Made by a program: the position numbers and the translations under genes
Source: a virus
IMG/VR virus record: IMGVR_UViG_3300046007_014223
Location: 1-64,000 of that record
Direction: 5' to 3' (one strand)
Length of the DNA stretch: 64,000 bases
Notes under the pieces: generated by a model
The model's input: only the letters and a program-made list of their open reading frames with translations
The model's database searches: none
Told to the model about the DNA's origin: nothing
Part shown: positions 36,884 through 46,940 of the stretch, piece after piece
Layout: each line of letters begins with the position of its first letter
How positions within the stretch are numbered: position 1 is the first letter of the stretch

Positions 36884-37351
36884 TTAGTTTTCGTTTACCC
36901 ACATAGCCGAGTTGGCAGGGGTTTCCATAACTTTGACAAGTCGCAATTTAACACGACCGTCAGAGTATCCGTTTTCAGGCATCCAAATTTCTTGAATGTA
37001 ATCTGCCAGAAATTTAGAAAGGCCTTCACAACCTGTGCGTTCTACAACAACCATCTTACATAGTTTCTTTTCGTGCAACATTTTGAATGTTTCAAATTCA
37101 GGATCATCTTCTGCAACCAACAAAGTATGATCAAACCATTCGTCAAGTTTTTCTTTGAGAGATTTATATCCTCCAAAGTCAACACACCAATTGCGACGGT
37201 CAAGTTTGTCCTCATCACATTCAAATTCGAAATGAAATGCCAATGCATACCCATGAATAAGATTGCAATGTGAATCAGCACGCCATTGACGATATGCTAC
37301 AGCGTATCCTCTCTCATGTCCATATGTTTTAGTTGAAATAAATTTTCCCAT
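36884..37351 (-). CDS. queD: 6-carboxytetrahydropterin synthase QueD
   Basis: SHCNLIHGY, VDFG, FDH, VMET. Confidence 0.92.
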   Translation of the reverse strand: MGKFISTKTYGHERGYAVAYRQWRADSHCNLIHGYALAFHFEFECDEDKLDRRNWCVDFGGYKSLKEKLDEWFDHTLLVAEDDPEFETFKMLHEKKLCKMVVVERTGCEGLSKFLADYIQEIWMPENGYSDGRVKLRLVKVMETPANSAMWVNEN

Positions 37352-37969
37352 TCAATCACCTATGTAGTAAGGGTTCTCAAGAGTAATAAATTTGCTAACT
37401 GCAAACAAAGATGAAAAATTAAAATCCATATGATGTAAAGTATTCGGGGGTGTACTATGAGAACCCTTGAAGGGTGTCGATGATAGATTTAGTGCAGCAT
37501 CATAAAACATGGGTGAAATTTCATTTCGAAAAAGATACAAGTGTTCGTAGTCATAAAGTAAACAAGAAAATGTTCCATCAAGGTTATTTAGGTTATCCCT
37601 GTTTTGTGTAATTGTTTTTAACATTAAAAAAGTATCCCACTCACAAACTTCATCTAATTCTTTTTTTAGCTTTTGAATATATGTTTGTTTTAAGATACCA
37701 TTATGCCACAAATACCGACCATCATAGTGTGCAGGGTGTATTGATGAAGTCTCTTGTGTCGTAGGTGCTTGTGAGTGGATGATAATATAAACAAGAGGTG
37801 ATTGTTCAACATTATCAAAATTGATAGCACCCTCATATCTGTTGACGGTTAGTTTACCTGTTACAACATCATAATAACTAATTGAGTGAGCGTAATCACC
37901 TCTTTGAACATTATGTTTATATAAGTCGATCAATTTCTCTTTTTTAAACGACCCAATAATGCTACACAT
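37352..37969 (-). CDS. class II (Ntn) glutamine amidotransferase, stand-alone Gat
   Basis: N-terminal MC, RG, HSQAPT, HP, WHNG, DT. Confidence 0.8.
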   Translation of the reverse strand: MCSIIGSFKKEKLIDLYKHNVQRGDYAHSISYYDVVTGKLTVNRYEGAINFDNVEQSPLVYIIIHSQAPTTQETSSIHPAHYDGRYLWHNGILKQTYIQKLKKELDEVCEWDTFLMLKTITQNRDNLNNLDGTFSCLLYDYEHLYLFRNEISPMFYDAALNLSSTPFKGSHSTPPNTLHHMDFNFSSLFAVSKFITLENPYYIGD

Positions 37970-38714
37970 TTAGAAGTTTACTCCACGGAATGTTTGCTGA
38001 GTAAGGAATGGGGTCAACAAGACCTGCCTTTGCAAAGTTTGCAATCCTTTCAGAACATGATGGACACTTGCCACATGAATGTCCTTTATCATCAGGATTA
38101 TAACATGTAAGCGTATTAGCCAACAAGTCAACATTACCATCAAGATGTTGCAAAACTTTAATTTCATCAAATTTACTTAATCCTGCAAAGGGTGCAATAA
38201 CTTTGATCTTGATGATTCTGTTTTCAGAAAGAACATCGTTTACTTTACTTACGAACCTTGCAGTCGTATCATGATAACCATACTCATCGTGAATTTGTAA
38301 ACCCATAACGATGGTATCAAAACCTTCAACTTCAGCAAAAGCTGCTGCTACTGACATGAGAATCATATTACGATTCGGGACATAAGTTTTCGGGCGCGGA
38401 TCACCTAACACATCCTTAATCGTAGGCATACTAATATCAGTGTCTACATTTGCAGAGAAACCTTTACTAATTTCCCCTAATACAGACAAGTCAAATACTT
38501 TGTGCTTGACACCAAGATGTTTGGTTGTAAACTTTGCCTTTTCAATTTCAATAGATTGTCTTTGCCCATAAAAGTAAGTAAGAGCCCTTACATTATCTTT
38601 GCCATACTTTTCTATACACAACCTCAATGAAATTGTGCTGTCCATACCGCCCGATAAAATAACTATTGCACCTTTAGTATCGGGTAACTTAGCTAGAATA
38701 TCTTCAATCATCAT
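37962..38714 (-). CDS. queC: 7-cyano-7-deazaguanine synthase QueC
   Basis: LSGGMDS, YGQR, TYVPNRN, TCY...CGKCPSC. Confidence 0.96.
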   Translation of the reverse strand: MMIEDILAKLPDTKGAIVILSGGMDSTISLRLCIEKYGKDNVRALTYFYGQRQSIEIEKAKFTTKHLGVKHKVFDLSVLGEISKGFSANVDTDISMPTIKDVLGDPRPKTYVPNRNMILMSVAAAFAEVEGFDTIVMGLQIHDEYGYHDTTARFVSKVNDVLSENRIIKIKVIAPFAGLSKFDEIKVLQHLDGNVDLLANTLTCYNPDDKGHSCGKCPSCSERIANFAKAGLVDPIPYSANIPWSKLLNV

Positions 38715-39643
38715 TGCCTCATGGTTTTGTTCACTAGACATTTAGTTTCCATCAGAATCATTGACTCTGCATTTAGAATAAGTTCACTTGATGCACGAAT
38801 CGGGTTTATATCAATACCCCCTCGCCGTGTATAAAGGCAAGCAACAAATAACTCATCAGGTTGCAGTATATCATAAAGTCGTTTGTAAATACATTCACAA
38901 ATTTCTTCGTGAAAGTGATTTTCTTTTCGCATGGAAACGATATATTGCAAAAATGATTGTGGGGTTATCGTTTTTTCCCCTCTGATGTAGACGAAAACAT
39001 CACCCCAATCAGGTTGATTAGTAACCCGACAATTCGAACGAAGAGCAGAGGTATGATAGCGAGTATCGCTAAGAGCGTGTGCACTAACAACTTCCAGCAA
39101 AGAAGGATCTTCATTGTATGCATTAAAATCAGTTTTAGTTACATCAATAGTCTCATCAACAAACCAAAAATAGTTTGATAGAGGTTGTGAATTATACATG
39201 AAAACTTGTTTTTGACGATGGAAGGTAGCACTCACCTTACATTGCAAAAGTTTTGATAGATCAGACTCAACTTTTTCTCTAATAATGAGTCCTGCCATGT
39301 CAACAGAATCACAAAGTTTTACCATATTAAAAGAATTTAAATATAGCTTTAATGATTTGGATTCAACGATATATTTTGAATTTGCAGGATAGAAAATCTT
39401 TAGCGTCCCTGAAAGAGGGAACCCACTTGTAAGCAACGTTGAAAACTCATAGCAGTTCCAAACATCACCCCCAACAAAAGGCAGATGAGCGTCGTCGATG
39501 TTGTATTGTGTTCTATTTAGTTGGCGAGGAACAGCAACAAGAAGCGATGGATCAATTTCGTCAGGTGTTACATAAGGTTTTACAACTGACCCATCACCCG
39601 CTTTTCCTAAGTGTACGGATGCGATTTGTTCGATTGTATTCAT
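38711..39643 (-). CDS. queF: preQ0 reductase QueF (bimodular)
   Basis: VESKSLKLYLNSF, SNCRVTNQPDWG, FHE, YTRRGGIDINP. Confidence 0.95.
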   Translation of the reverse strand: MNTIEQIASVHLGKAGDGSVVKPYVTPDEIDPSLLVAVPRQLNRTQYNIDDAHLPFVGGDVWNCYEFSTLLTSGFPLSGTLKIFYPANSKYIVESKSLKLYLNSFNMVKLCDSVDMAGLIIREKVESDLSKLLQCKVSATFHRQKQVFMYNSQPLSNYFWFVDETIDVTKTDFNAYNEDPSLLEVVSAHALSDTRYHTSALRSNCRVTNQPDWGDVFVYIRGEKTITPQSFLQYIVSMRKENHFHEEICECIYKRLYDILQPDELFVACLYTRRGGIDINPIRASSELILNAESMILMETKCLVNKTMRQ

Positions 39644-40959
39644 TGAAAAAGGTCCTCAAGTGATCCATGATTTTCTTCACGGACAATTCGTTTACTTTTT
39701 ATGTTTGACTTTGCAGCGTTCAGCCAAGACATCATAGTTGTATCATCACGTATATTTAGCAGTTTGTCGATATGTTGATTGCCTGAAGTTGACTCGACTA
39801 AAACTTTATCGATACAAGATACAAAATTATCGATTTGAAAATATGTATGCATAGCTTTTGACAAGTATGCAATAATTAGTTTTTCATCTGATAAGTTAGC
39901 TGCACTTTCTTTAACTGTTGAATATTTCCAATCACGAATACCATCACCCAAAATAATATCAATGTACTCATCCTCGCTGACCTTAGGTGAAAGGTAATTG
40001 TAAAAGAGATTGTAGACATTCCTAAAGTGTGCTTCACCTTTAGGTGTTCGAACACTGCCCAACGGTCGGCATGTTCCGTTGACTTTCAATAATCCATAAT
40101 CAAAGGTAGACGTATGGGATGAACTATCATAAGATACTTTCTCAAATGTGTCCAAGTAACCCGACTTATTCAAATAAAGAATTGGGCGCATTCTTGAAAT
40201 ACTACCAACACCTAAGATGTGCAAATGCTTTTTGATGTTATCATGGCAAATCATAGAAATGTGTTTAGCACCTCGCAACATTTCAATCGATTCAAGTTCA
40301 CCATTACCCATGCAAGTATCAGCTATCGCCATACCACTAATAAATTCATAATCTTCGGGTTCAAGTTCATTGACGATCATGTTAAAAAAGGTAATCATAT
40401 CCTGATAGGTATTACCTTGAATAATAGGAATGACTTTTGTTTTCGCACCCAATGATTTGAATGCTTCGATTTGTTCCTTAATATTCTTACCTGTCAAGGT
40501 GCCTTTCTCAGCATGTTCAGACGATTTGAAAATTTTATTTCCAACATTCGATCTTTCGTTACGTGTGCGCGTGACACTGAAAGAACCCAGCGCAATCTCA
40601 TCGAAGCACATAGCGTAATCAGCCGCAGTTTGTGTCTTGTAAATTTGTTGCTTAATTTCAGGTGTAATCTTTTTACCTGCAGTAACAATTTGTAATCCAC
40701 CCGAATCTGCATACAGTTTTTTTGCCCCGAGATTGTTTAGAACGGCAAATCGTTCTGTAAATCCTGATTCGGTGTAACCATTAAACAAAGTAGCAATAGT
40801 TGGGTTTGTATTCTTTGCCTTTCTTTGTACACTTTCGTTCAAGCATTTCATCAATTCAAGCAAACTTGATTTCCATGCTTCTCGGTGGTTATCATAAACT
40901 TGATTGGTAAAAACACCCATCATACCACAGGCGCTTATTACATACTCGAGGTTAATCAT
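39640..40959 (-). CDS. dpdA: TGT-fold transglycosylase, probably DNA-targeting DpdA-like
   Basis: ADSGGLQ, FD, IIQG, HLHILGVG, SYDSSS; embedded in que cluster. Confidence 0.7.
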   Translation of the reverse strand: MINLEYVISACGMMGVFTNQVYDNHREAWKSSLLELMKCLNESVQRKAKNTNPTIATLFNGYTESGFTERFAVLNNLGAKKLYADSGGLQIVTAGKKITPEIKQQIYKTQTAADYAMCFDEIALGSFSVTRTRNERSNVGNKIFKSSEHAEKGTLTGKNIKEQIEAFKSLGAKTKVIPIIQGNTYQDMITFFNMIVNELEPEDYEFISGMAIADTCMGNGELESIEMLRGAKHISMICHDNIKKHLHILGVGSISRMRPILYLNKSGYLDTFEKVSYDSSSHTSTFDYGLLKVNGTCRPLGSVRTPKGEAHFRNVYNLFYNYLSPKVSEDEYIDIILGDGIRDWKYSTVKESAANLSDEKLIIAYLSKAMHTYFQIDNFVSCIDKVLVESTSGNQHIDKLLNIRDDTTMMSWLNAAKSNIKSKRIVREENHGSLEDLFQ

Positions 40960-41630
40960 CGCTTGTTTACCAAGTTCATGAACTCAGCACGCACTGCTTG
41001 ATCTGATTTGAATTCGCCACCCAGCTTACTAGTAATTGTTGATGAACCAACATCTTCTACGCCGCGTGATTTGACACAATAATGTTGAGCATCAATAAGA
41101 ACAGCAATGTCATCAGTGCCTAGAATATATTGCAAGGCATGATAAATTTGTTCAGTCAATCGTTCTTGAATTTGTGGGCGTTTACTAAAGTATTCAACCA
41201 CACGATTGATTTTACTCAATCCCAATACTTTCTCTTTTGGAATATATGCAACGGTTGCCTTTCCGTCGATAACTACAAAGTGATGTTCACAGTTTGATTG
41301 CACATTGATATTACGCTCGATAACCATCTCATCATACTTCATCTTATTATCGACCGTTGTACATTTAGGAAATGCTTCAGGATCCAGACCCCAAAAGATT
41401 TCGTTGACAAACATCTTTGCTACACGATTTGGAGTCTCTTTCAAACTATCATCCTTCAGATCAAGACCCAATACCAGCATGATATATTCAAAGTGTTTTT
41501 GAATTTCTGTAATCTTTTCCTTATGTGTCAAAGGATTCGACCACATGGGAGTCTGAACTCCACATTTGATTAGATGTTCGTGAATTTGTTGACCCAACTC
41601 AGGATCGGTTTTTGTTTTATTGAATGACAT
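40956..41630 (-). CDS. folE: GTP cyclohydrolase I
   Basis: ETPNRVAKM, CEHH, GLSKINR, QIQERLT, HYCVKSRG. Confidence 0.97.
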   Translation of the reverse strand: MSFNKTKTDPELGQQIHEHLIKCGVQTPMWSNPLTHKEKITEIQKHFEYIMLVLGLDLKDDSLKETPNRVAKMFVNEIFWGLDPEAFPKCTTVDNKMKYDEMVIERNINVQSNCEHHFVVIDGKATVAYIPKEKVLGLSKINRVVEYFSKRPQIQERLTEQIYHALQYILGTDDIAVLIDAQHYCVKSRGVEDVGSSTITSKLGGEFKSDQAVRAEFMNLVNKR

Positions 41631-41654
41631 ATTATCCTTCCTTACGCGGATAGT

Positions 41655-42494
41655 TTAAGTACCCCATGCATTTTTAAACAAGGGGACCTGTAAGCGATCT
41701 GAATAACGATAGCCTCTTGCCATCGCCAATTCAGCCACCCTCTTATTATTTAGCGAATACACACTCTCTACACCACCAACAGGCATTAGATAAACAGGAC
41801 CTTTAAATCCTGCTTTACGATAAGCAGATACAGCGTCTTCGATTTCCTCACTATCTTCTTCGCCAGTTACAACAAATTTTAAATATGTAAACCCAAGTAG
41901 TTCATAATCACACACCACGTCTGGCTTAATCGCATCTTCCCACTTCTCACCACTTACACTCAATTTAGGACTTACACTAAATGTAACTTCGTAAATGTTG
42001 CTATCATTTAATAGGTAATCAAAAAATTCACTTGTTAGACTCTGTGTACCATTCGTTTCAAATGTGAGTTCCTTTAAATTACGAATCAAATCATGTTCAA
42101 GAAGTTCAGGATACGCTCGTTGCCAACCCAACAAAGGTTCGCCGCCTGTAATGACTAGGTGTTCTTCTTTCCATTGGTTATGTGGGAGTAGATCGATGAT
42201 AGCTTTGGCGATAGCATCTGTATCAAGAAGTGGAGACATATGCTTAAAGCGAGGATCCCAACTAGCGTAAGAATCACAACCGGTATTAACCAAAGGAAGA
42301 TCTCTGTATTGGTTATAGAATGTAATATTTGCAGCCACATCGTCTCGTTCACGACTTATCTCTCCTCGTGGCATACCGAAACCACCACAGGTAAAATTAC
42401 ATCCAAATGTTCGAAGAAAGACACTAGGTACACCCATGTATCTACCTTCACCTTGTATCGAATAAAAAAGTTCACTCACCTTAATCTTTTGCAT
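41655..42494 (-). CDS. queE: 7-carboxy-7-deazaguanine synthase QueE (radical SAM)
   Basis: FYSIQGEG, RTFGCNFTC...CD, TGGEP, ETNG, SPK. Confidence 0.95.
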   Translation of the reverse strand: MQKIKVSELFYSIQGEGRYMGVPSVFLRTFGCNFTCGGFGMPRGEISRERDDVAANITFYNQYRDLPLVNTGCDSYASWDPRFKHMSPLLDTDAIAKAIIDLLPHNQWKEEHLVITGGEPLLGWQRAYPELLEHDLIRNLKELTFETNGTQSLTSEFFDYLLNDSNIYEVTFSVSPKLSVSGEKWEDAIKPDVVCDYELLGFTYLKFVVTGEEDSEEIEDAVSAYRKAGFKGPVYLMPVGGVESVYSLNNKRVAELAMARGYRYSDRLQVPLFKNAWGT

Positions 42495-42540
42495 ACATCC
42501 CCCAATAAAAAGCACATGATATAAGAATATTTAGCAGAAA

Positions 42541-43086
42541 TCAATCATCAAATTCAAGTTTTAGTGCTGTTTCCTCAGCCATCTTTGTACTTTTCTTTTG
42601 AGGTGTCGCTGCTCTGCGATCCGGATCAATCGTATCCAATTGCTTTTTGACGTAATCTAAAAACTGATTACTAAAGTCACTTGAGTCAGTCTCTTGGGTA
42701 ATGATCTCATCAATATCAATGTTTTCAAGAAGTTTATACTTTGTGGCTTGTTGTTTCTTTTCTTTTTGGATTCGTCGAATGAACGCATAATAAACGATTT
42801 GAGTATAATATGCAAAAGGATTCTTTGACTTTTCGGGATCAAATTTTTCAGCAGCAACAAGGCAATTTTCAATTGCATCAGATACCATATCGTCGCGGAA
42901 TGAATAATTTATAAAGTTACCTTTGTAAGCTAAATGGTTAGATATCTTAATAAAACATTCGCCGATGTACTTAGGCAAAATAGGTTTGTCAACCCCTTGT
43001 GCAACAGCCTCATTACAAGCGGCTTTATACTGTGTCAATGCCTCAAGGAATTTATCATTGTCAACATAATGTGTTGCTTTTCTCAT
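42541..43086 (-). CDS. 55: late-transcription sigma factor gp55
   Basis: HYVDN, YIGECF, NFINYSFRDDM, NPFAYYTQ. Confidence 0.95.
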   Translation of the reverse strand: MRKATHYVDNDKFLEALTQYKAACNEAVAQGVDKPILPKYIGECFIKISNHLAYKGNFINYSFRDDMVSDAIENCLVAAEKFDPEKSKNPFAYYTQIVYYAFIRRIQKEKKQQATKYKLLENIDIDEIITQETDSSDFSNQFLDYVKKQLDTIDPDRRAATPQKKSTKMAEETALKLEFDD

Positions 43087-43087
43087 A

Positions 43088-43528
43088 TTAGTGATACCAT
43101 TTCTTTCTATTTTCTTGTGATTTGGATACTTCTTCAAGCATTTCTTCTATTTCTTCATCTTCATCGTACTCATCATCTTCAGTACCTGCGATCTCAGCTC
43201 CACCTTCTTCAATGGGTTGTTGAGAATTAGGATCGGTTATAAATTCAATGTACTTGTCGATAAAAATTTCCTTTAACTTACCCACAAACACTACATTACT
43301 CATAGGTATTTTTGTTGTGTTGTCGCTTGAAAACGGTGTCCAAGATTGCATAATGTATTTTTCAATGATGACACCATTGTGAGGAATCTTAAATGAAAAG
43401 ATTTGAATGGGATCTATTATAGGAAGAAACTTTAATTTTTCAATTGTTGATACATCATGAAGGGTTGTGCAAATCAAGTTATCTCCGTTAGATAGCTTAA
43501 TAAAAATAAACTTTGCTTCTTCAGTCAT
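43088..43528 (-). CDS. hypothetical T4-like protein between uvsW and gp55
   Basis: IKLSNGD, acidic tail; coupled to neighbours. Confidence 0.7.
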   Translation of the reverse strand: MTEEAKFIFIKLSNGDNLICTTLHDVSTIEKLKFLPIIDPIQIFSFKIPHNGVIIEKYIMQSWTPFSSDNTTKIPMSNVVFVGKLKEIFIDKYIEFITDPNSQQPIEEGGAEIAGTEDDEYDEDEEIEEMLEEVSKSQENRKKWYH

Positions 43529-45014
43529 TTAAAGGTACCTTTACTAAAGTGTAACTAAACGACTCCTCATTATAAATTTTTATTCTTTCAACCATATGTT
43601 GTAATGTAAAATTTTTCTTACTTTTCCAACTTAGATCATCACCAATATCATACAAATTACATTTATCTTTGGTTTCAGAAATACGCAAACCCCTACCTAT
43701 CGATTGCAAGTTGCGAACCCTTGACTTAGAAGGCGAAGCAAAAATAATATTATGAAGGTTACGAATATTTACACCTGTTGAGAATGTCCCATACGATGCT
43801 ACAATTATGGCATCATTCTCCTTCTCTGTCAATGCCCTTATATTTTCACGTTGCTGGGTATCGGTGCCTCCATATACAAAGAACACCTTTCTATCCTCGC
43901 ACTTCGCCCAAATCATATCATGAAGCATCTTGCCATGCTTTTCTACATATTGAAACAATACAAGAGTGTTACCTTTGCAATTGACAGCCAAGTTACGAAT
44001 GAATTTATTTCTTGCATTGTTTGAAACAAGAAAATCCATCTCCTGTTGATAATCAAAACCTTTAGCTGCCTTTTTTAATTCATCTGAGTAATTTAGCACA
44101 AGGCAAAATATTTTTAAGTCAGCTAATTTTTTGTTTTCGATCAACTTTCGCGTCGTTGTCACTTTATATATAGGACCAAACAAACCCTCGAGGACTAATT
44201 TATGTGTTTGTGTTCCATCAAGTGAACCTGTTGCACCGATACGATAAGGCGTTTTCGTGCAACGAGACATGATAGCAGTCAATGACTTGGCTTTAAACAG
44301 ATGTGCCTCATCACCATATATGCAATCAAAGTCTTCGAAAAAATCTTTGGGTAGTTTTTGTAATGATTGCCATGTTGAAATAATTACAGGAAAGTCATTT
44401 GTCTTTTCCTTTCCTGAATAAATTCGATGACAATTCTTTTCTACATTCCAATTATTGACACTTGAATAATCAATGAAGTCGGTGTACAATTGTTCTACAA
44501 GTGATGTTGTGGGGACAACAATCAACTGTTTTCGTCCTTTGTTATGGTGCCATCTAATAAGCGAATAGATGATTAAAGACTTACCCGAACCTGTTGGCGA
44601 TATAAGCATCTTTCTACCACAGGACAACGCTTGATAAATTGCATCGATTTGATACTCACGCACATCAATGGGTTTGCCTTGTGATGAAAGTTGTAGGTCA
44701 TTACAAAATGTTTCTACATCAGTAGAAGTGCATTGGTCACCCACACGTTCATACTTAGAAAAATCAATAGTATAGCCGCTATTGACAGCAAAGTCATTAA
44801 TATGATCCACCAATCCACAATATACCTCACCAGTCATGTATGAAAAAAGACGAATCTTTCCATCCCACATTCTGTTTCGATACAAAGGTGTAAATTTGGC
44901 GCCAGGAACATCGAATGTGAAATGTTCACTTAGCTCTTGTCTTAAGCTGGGTTCACAATCAACGATTACATGAACCTCATCTTTCTTTTTAATTCGAATA
45001 TCAGATTGATCCAT
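43521..45014 (-). CDS. uvsW: UvsW helicase
   Basis: WDGKIRLF, PTGSGKS, DEAH, QSIGRGLR. Confidence 0.97.
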   Translation of the reverse strand: MDQSDIRIKKKDEVHVIVDCEPSLRQELSEHFTFDVPGAKFTPLYRNRMWDGKIRLFSYMTGEVYCGLVDHINDFAVNSGYTIDFSKYERVGDQCTSTDVETFCNDLQLSSQGKPIDVREYQIDAIYQALSCGRKMLISPTGSGKSLIIYSLIRWHHNKGRKQLIVVPTTSLVEQLYTDFIDYSSVNNWNVEKNCHRIYSGKEKTNDFPVIISTWQSLQKLPKDFFEDFDCIYGDEAHLFKAKSLTAIMSRCTKTPYRIGATGSLDGTQTHKLVLEGLFGPIYKVTTTRKLIENKKLADLKIFCLVLNYSDELKKAAKGFDYQQEMDFLVSNNARNKFIRNLAVNCKGNTLVLFQYVEKHGKMLHDMIWAKCEDRKVFFVYGGTDTQQRENIRALTEKENDAIIVASYGTFSTGVNIRNLHNIIFASPSKSRVRNLQSIGRGLRISETKDKCNLYDIGDDLSWKSKKNFTLQHMVERIKIYNEESFSYTLVKVPLND

Positions 45015-45441
45015 TTGACCACTTTAGCCACTCGATAGCATTTTTTATATCCCACGTTCTTGAATTCAATGAGCGAATGATTTGTTCTAATTGATATAGA
45101 ACAGTTTTGAAGTATTCAATTTTATCTTGCAATGCAATCAAATCAGAATCAAATGAAAGGAACTCATCCATTTCGTTTTTAAGTGGTTTCGTTCCTTGCC
45201 ATTGTTCCCATTCTTCATTTAAAAGTTCTTGCTGAGTCATCTCACCTCGATAATAACGAAACTTCTTTCTACGCATGTTTGCGTAGTCAGACTCTGCCTT
45301 TCGCAAATTTAGTTTTGTTGAGGTAAGCAGATTCAAATACTTTGCATGAAGAATCGGTATCTTCGTTGCTTCACCACCCAAGTTCATTTCATCAATGGGA
45401 GAGTCTTTCTCCCATTGTGTTTGCAGATCACTTAATTTCAT
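45001..45441 (-). CDS. uvsY: UvsY recombination mediator
   Basis: LHAKYL, YYRG, DIKNAIEW; synteny. Confidence 0.9.
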   Translation of the reverse strand: MKLSDLQTQWEKDSPIDEMNLGGEATKIPILHAKYLNLLTSTKLNLRKAESDYANMRRKKFRYYRGEMTQQELLNEEWEQWQGTKPLKNEMDEFLSFDSDLIALQDKIEYFKTVLYQLEQIIRSLNSRTWDIKNAIEWLKWSNGSI

Positions 45442-46265
45442 CGAGACTTTTCAAAGATAATCGTCGGATTTCCTGGGAAAGCATATGTACCATAGTGATT
45501 CAAGCTGATGTTTGGATCAAGCCAAACTTGCCCGCCCAATTCTTGCCAACGGCGACAAAATGTATAATCTTCTGAAAGATAACGTTTTGAGCTTTTTTCA
45601 ATAATAGTATCAAATAATGCATATGTAAATTGATCAAGATCTTTATCAACATTAATATCATTATTATATTGTAGCTCAGGATATGCCTTGGTCATTTTAT
45701 CAAAAACAGCGCGTTTGATGAGCATGAATCCTGTACCAGCATCTTTCAATGATACCAATCCATCTTGAACTTCAATAGAACGCTCTTCAAGATTTTTGAA
45801 GTTAAAGTTAATTGCATATTCACTACCTGACGCACTTACATCAGAGGTAACTGAATCTTTATTATCTAGAACATGACGGCGTACAAGGTCCCAATTAATA
45901 CCTTTCTTAGGATATGCACCAACTGTCACATCTTTATCCGCTGCGATTAGACGAACAACATCCTCAACCTTGAATTCAATATCTGCATCGATGAACAACA
46001 GGTGTGTACAATCAGAGCGCAAGAAAAAGGCAGCAAGTGTGTTACGTGCTCGAGGAACTAAGGATTCATTCGCAATAGTTCCGAATTGCAAAGGAATATT
46101 GTGCTTGTCAAAGAAAAACACAAGTCGCAAAATACTTTTAAAATATGGTTCAGTCAATGCACCCCCATAACAAGGAGTTGCAATAAACAATTTTGTTTTT
46201 TGAAGATCAGAAACAGCAATACTTTTTTTCGTCACTTCAGGTTGTGCTTCGATTAATTCAGACAT
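45438..46265 (-). CDS. GT-A fold glycosyltransferase-like protein
   Basis: ATPCYGG, RARN, FIDAD, GTGFMLI, LSEDYTFC. Confidence 0.7.
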   Translation of the reverse strand: MSELIEAQPEVTKKSIAVSDLQKTKLFIATPCYGGALTEPYFKSILRLVFFFDKHNIPLQFGTIANESLVPRARNTLAAFFLRSDCTHLLFIDADIEFKVEDVVRLIAADKDVTVGAYPKKGINWDLVRRHVLDNKDSVTSDVSASGSEYAINFNFKNLEERSIEVQDGLVSLKDAGTGFMLIKRAVFDKMTKAYPELQYNNDINVDKDLDQFTYALFDTIIEKSSKRYLSEDYTFCRRWQELGGQVWLDPNISLNHYGTYAFPGNPTIIFEKSR

Positions 46266-46280
46266 AATTTACTCCAAGTT

Positions 46281-46862
46281 TTATAATGATTTTATTTCAA
46301 ATGATCTATATTTGAAAGTTGCTCCGCAGACAAGATACTGAATGTTATCAATTGTTGTATCAAATGACAATGGTTGTAACTCTAAAGGAAAAAGTTCAGT
46401 AAACTTTATTTCTAATTTTGGTGTATTTGATGAATTTAAAATAAACAATGATGCATCAGAATATTTTAAAGACTCAGAATATTTATTATCCTTTGTCGCA
46501 CCGGGAAAACGATTTAATCTTTTATTAACAAAATCTGTCCAAATACTATCATCATATGCACTAATAGCTATAATCCAATTATATAGCTCTGAATAATTTT
46601 GCATTCCCTCTGATACAATAAATTTCAAACTAAAGTCGCCGAATTCAGGTTTTTGATCTGCAAGTTTTAAATTTATAGATGGTGTGGGAATATTAACATA
46701 TCCAATTGCAACAGAAGGCAACGACACTTCTTGACAAGTATATGAAACATTAGGTAAATCTTTTACAACAAATCTAAACCCATTGGGTTTCAAATAGTCA
46801 TAAGTTGCAGGTTGACTATTTGCATAATTGTTTGCTAAATCTGAATTACCTTCAATATACAA
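46281..46862 (-). CDS. 3: tail completion/terminator protein gp3
   Basis: YLKPNGFRF, NYSELYNW, FPLEL..L.FD; TTG start with AGGAG. Confidence 0.8.
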   Translation of the reverse strand: MYIEGNSDLANNYANSQPATYDYLKPNGFRFVVKDLPNVSYTCQEVSLPSVAIGYVNIPTPSINLKLADQKPEFGDFSLKFIVSEGMQNYSELYNWIIAISAYDDSIWTDFVNKRLNRFPGATKDNKYSESLKYSDASLFILNSSNTPKLEIKFTELFPLELQPLSFDTTIDNIQYLVCGATFKYRSFEIKSL

Positions 46863-46893
46863 GATTTTCTCCTATGATGCAATATTTATGCAT

Positions 46894-46918
46894 AAAAAAA
46901 GGGGGACCGAAGTCCCCC
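46894..46918 (-). terminator. intrinsic terminator after gp23
   Basis: GGGGGAC-TTCG-GTCCCCC-T7. Confidence 0.92.
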
Positions 46919-46940
46919 AAACCCGATCTGCGCCGGTTTC

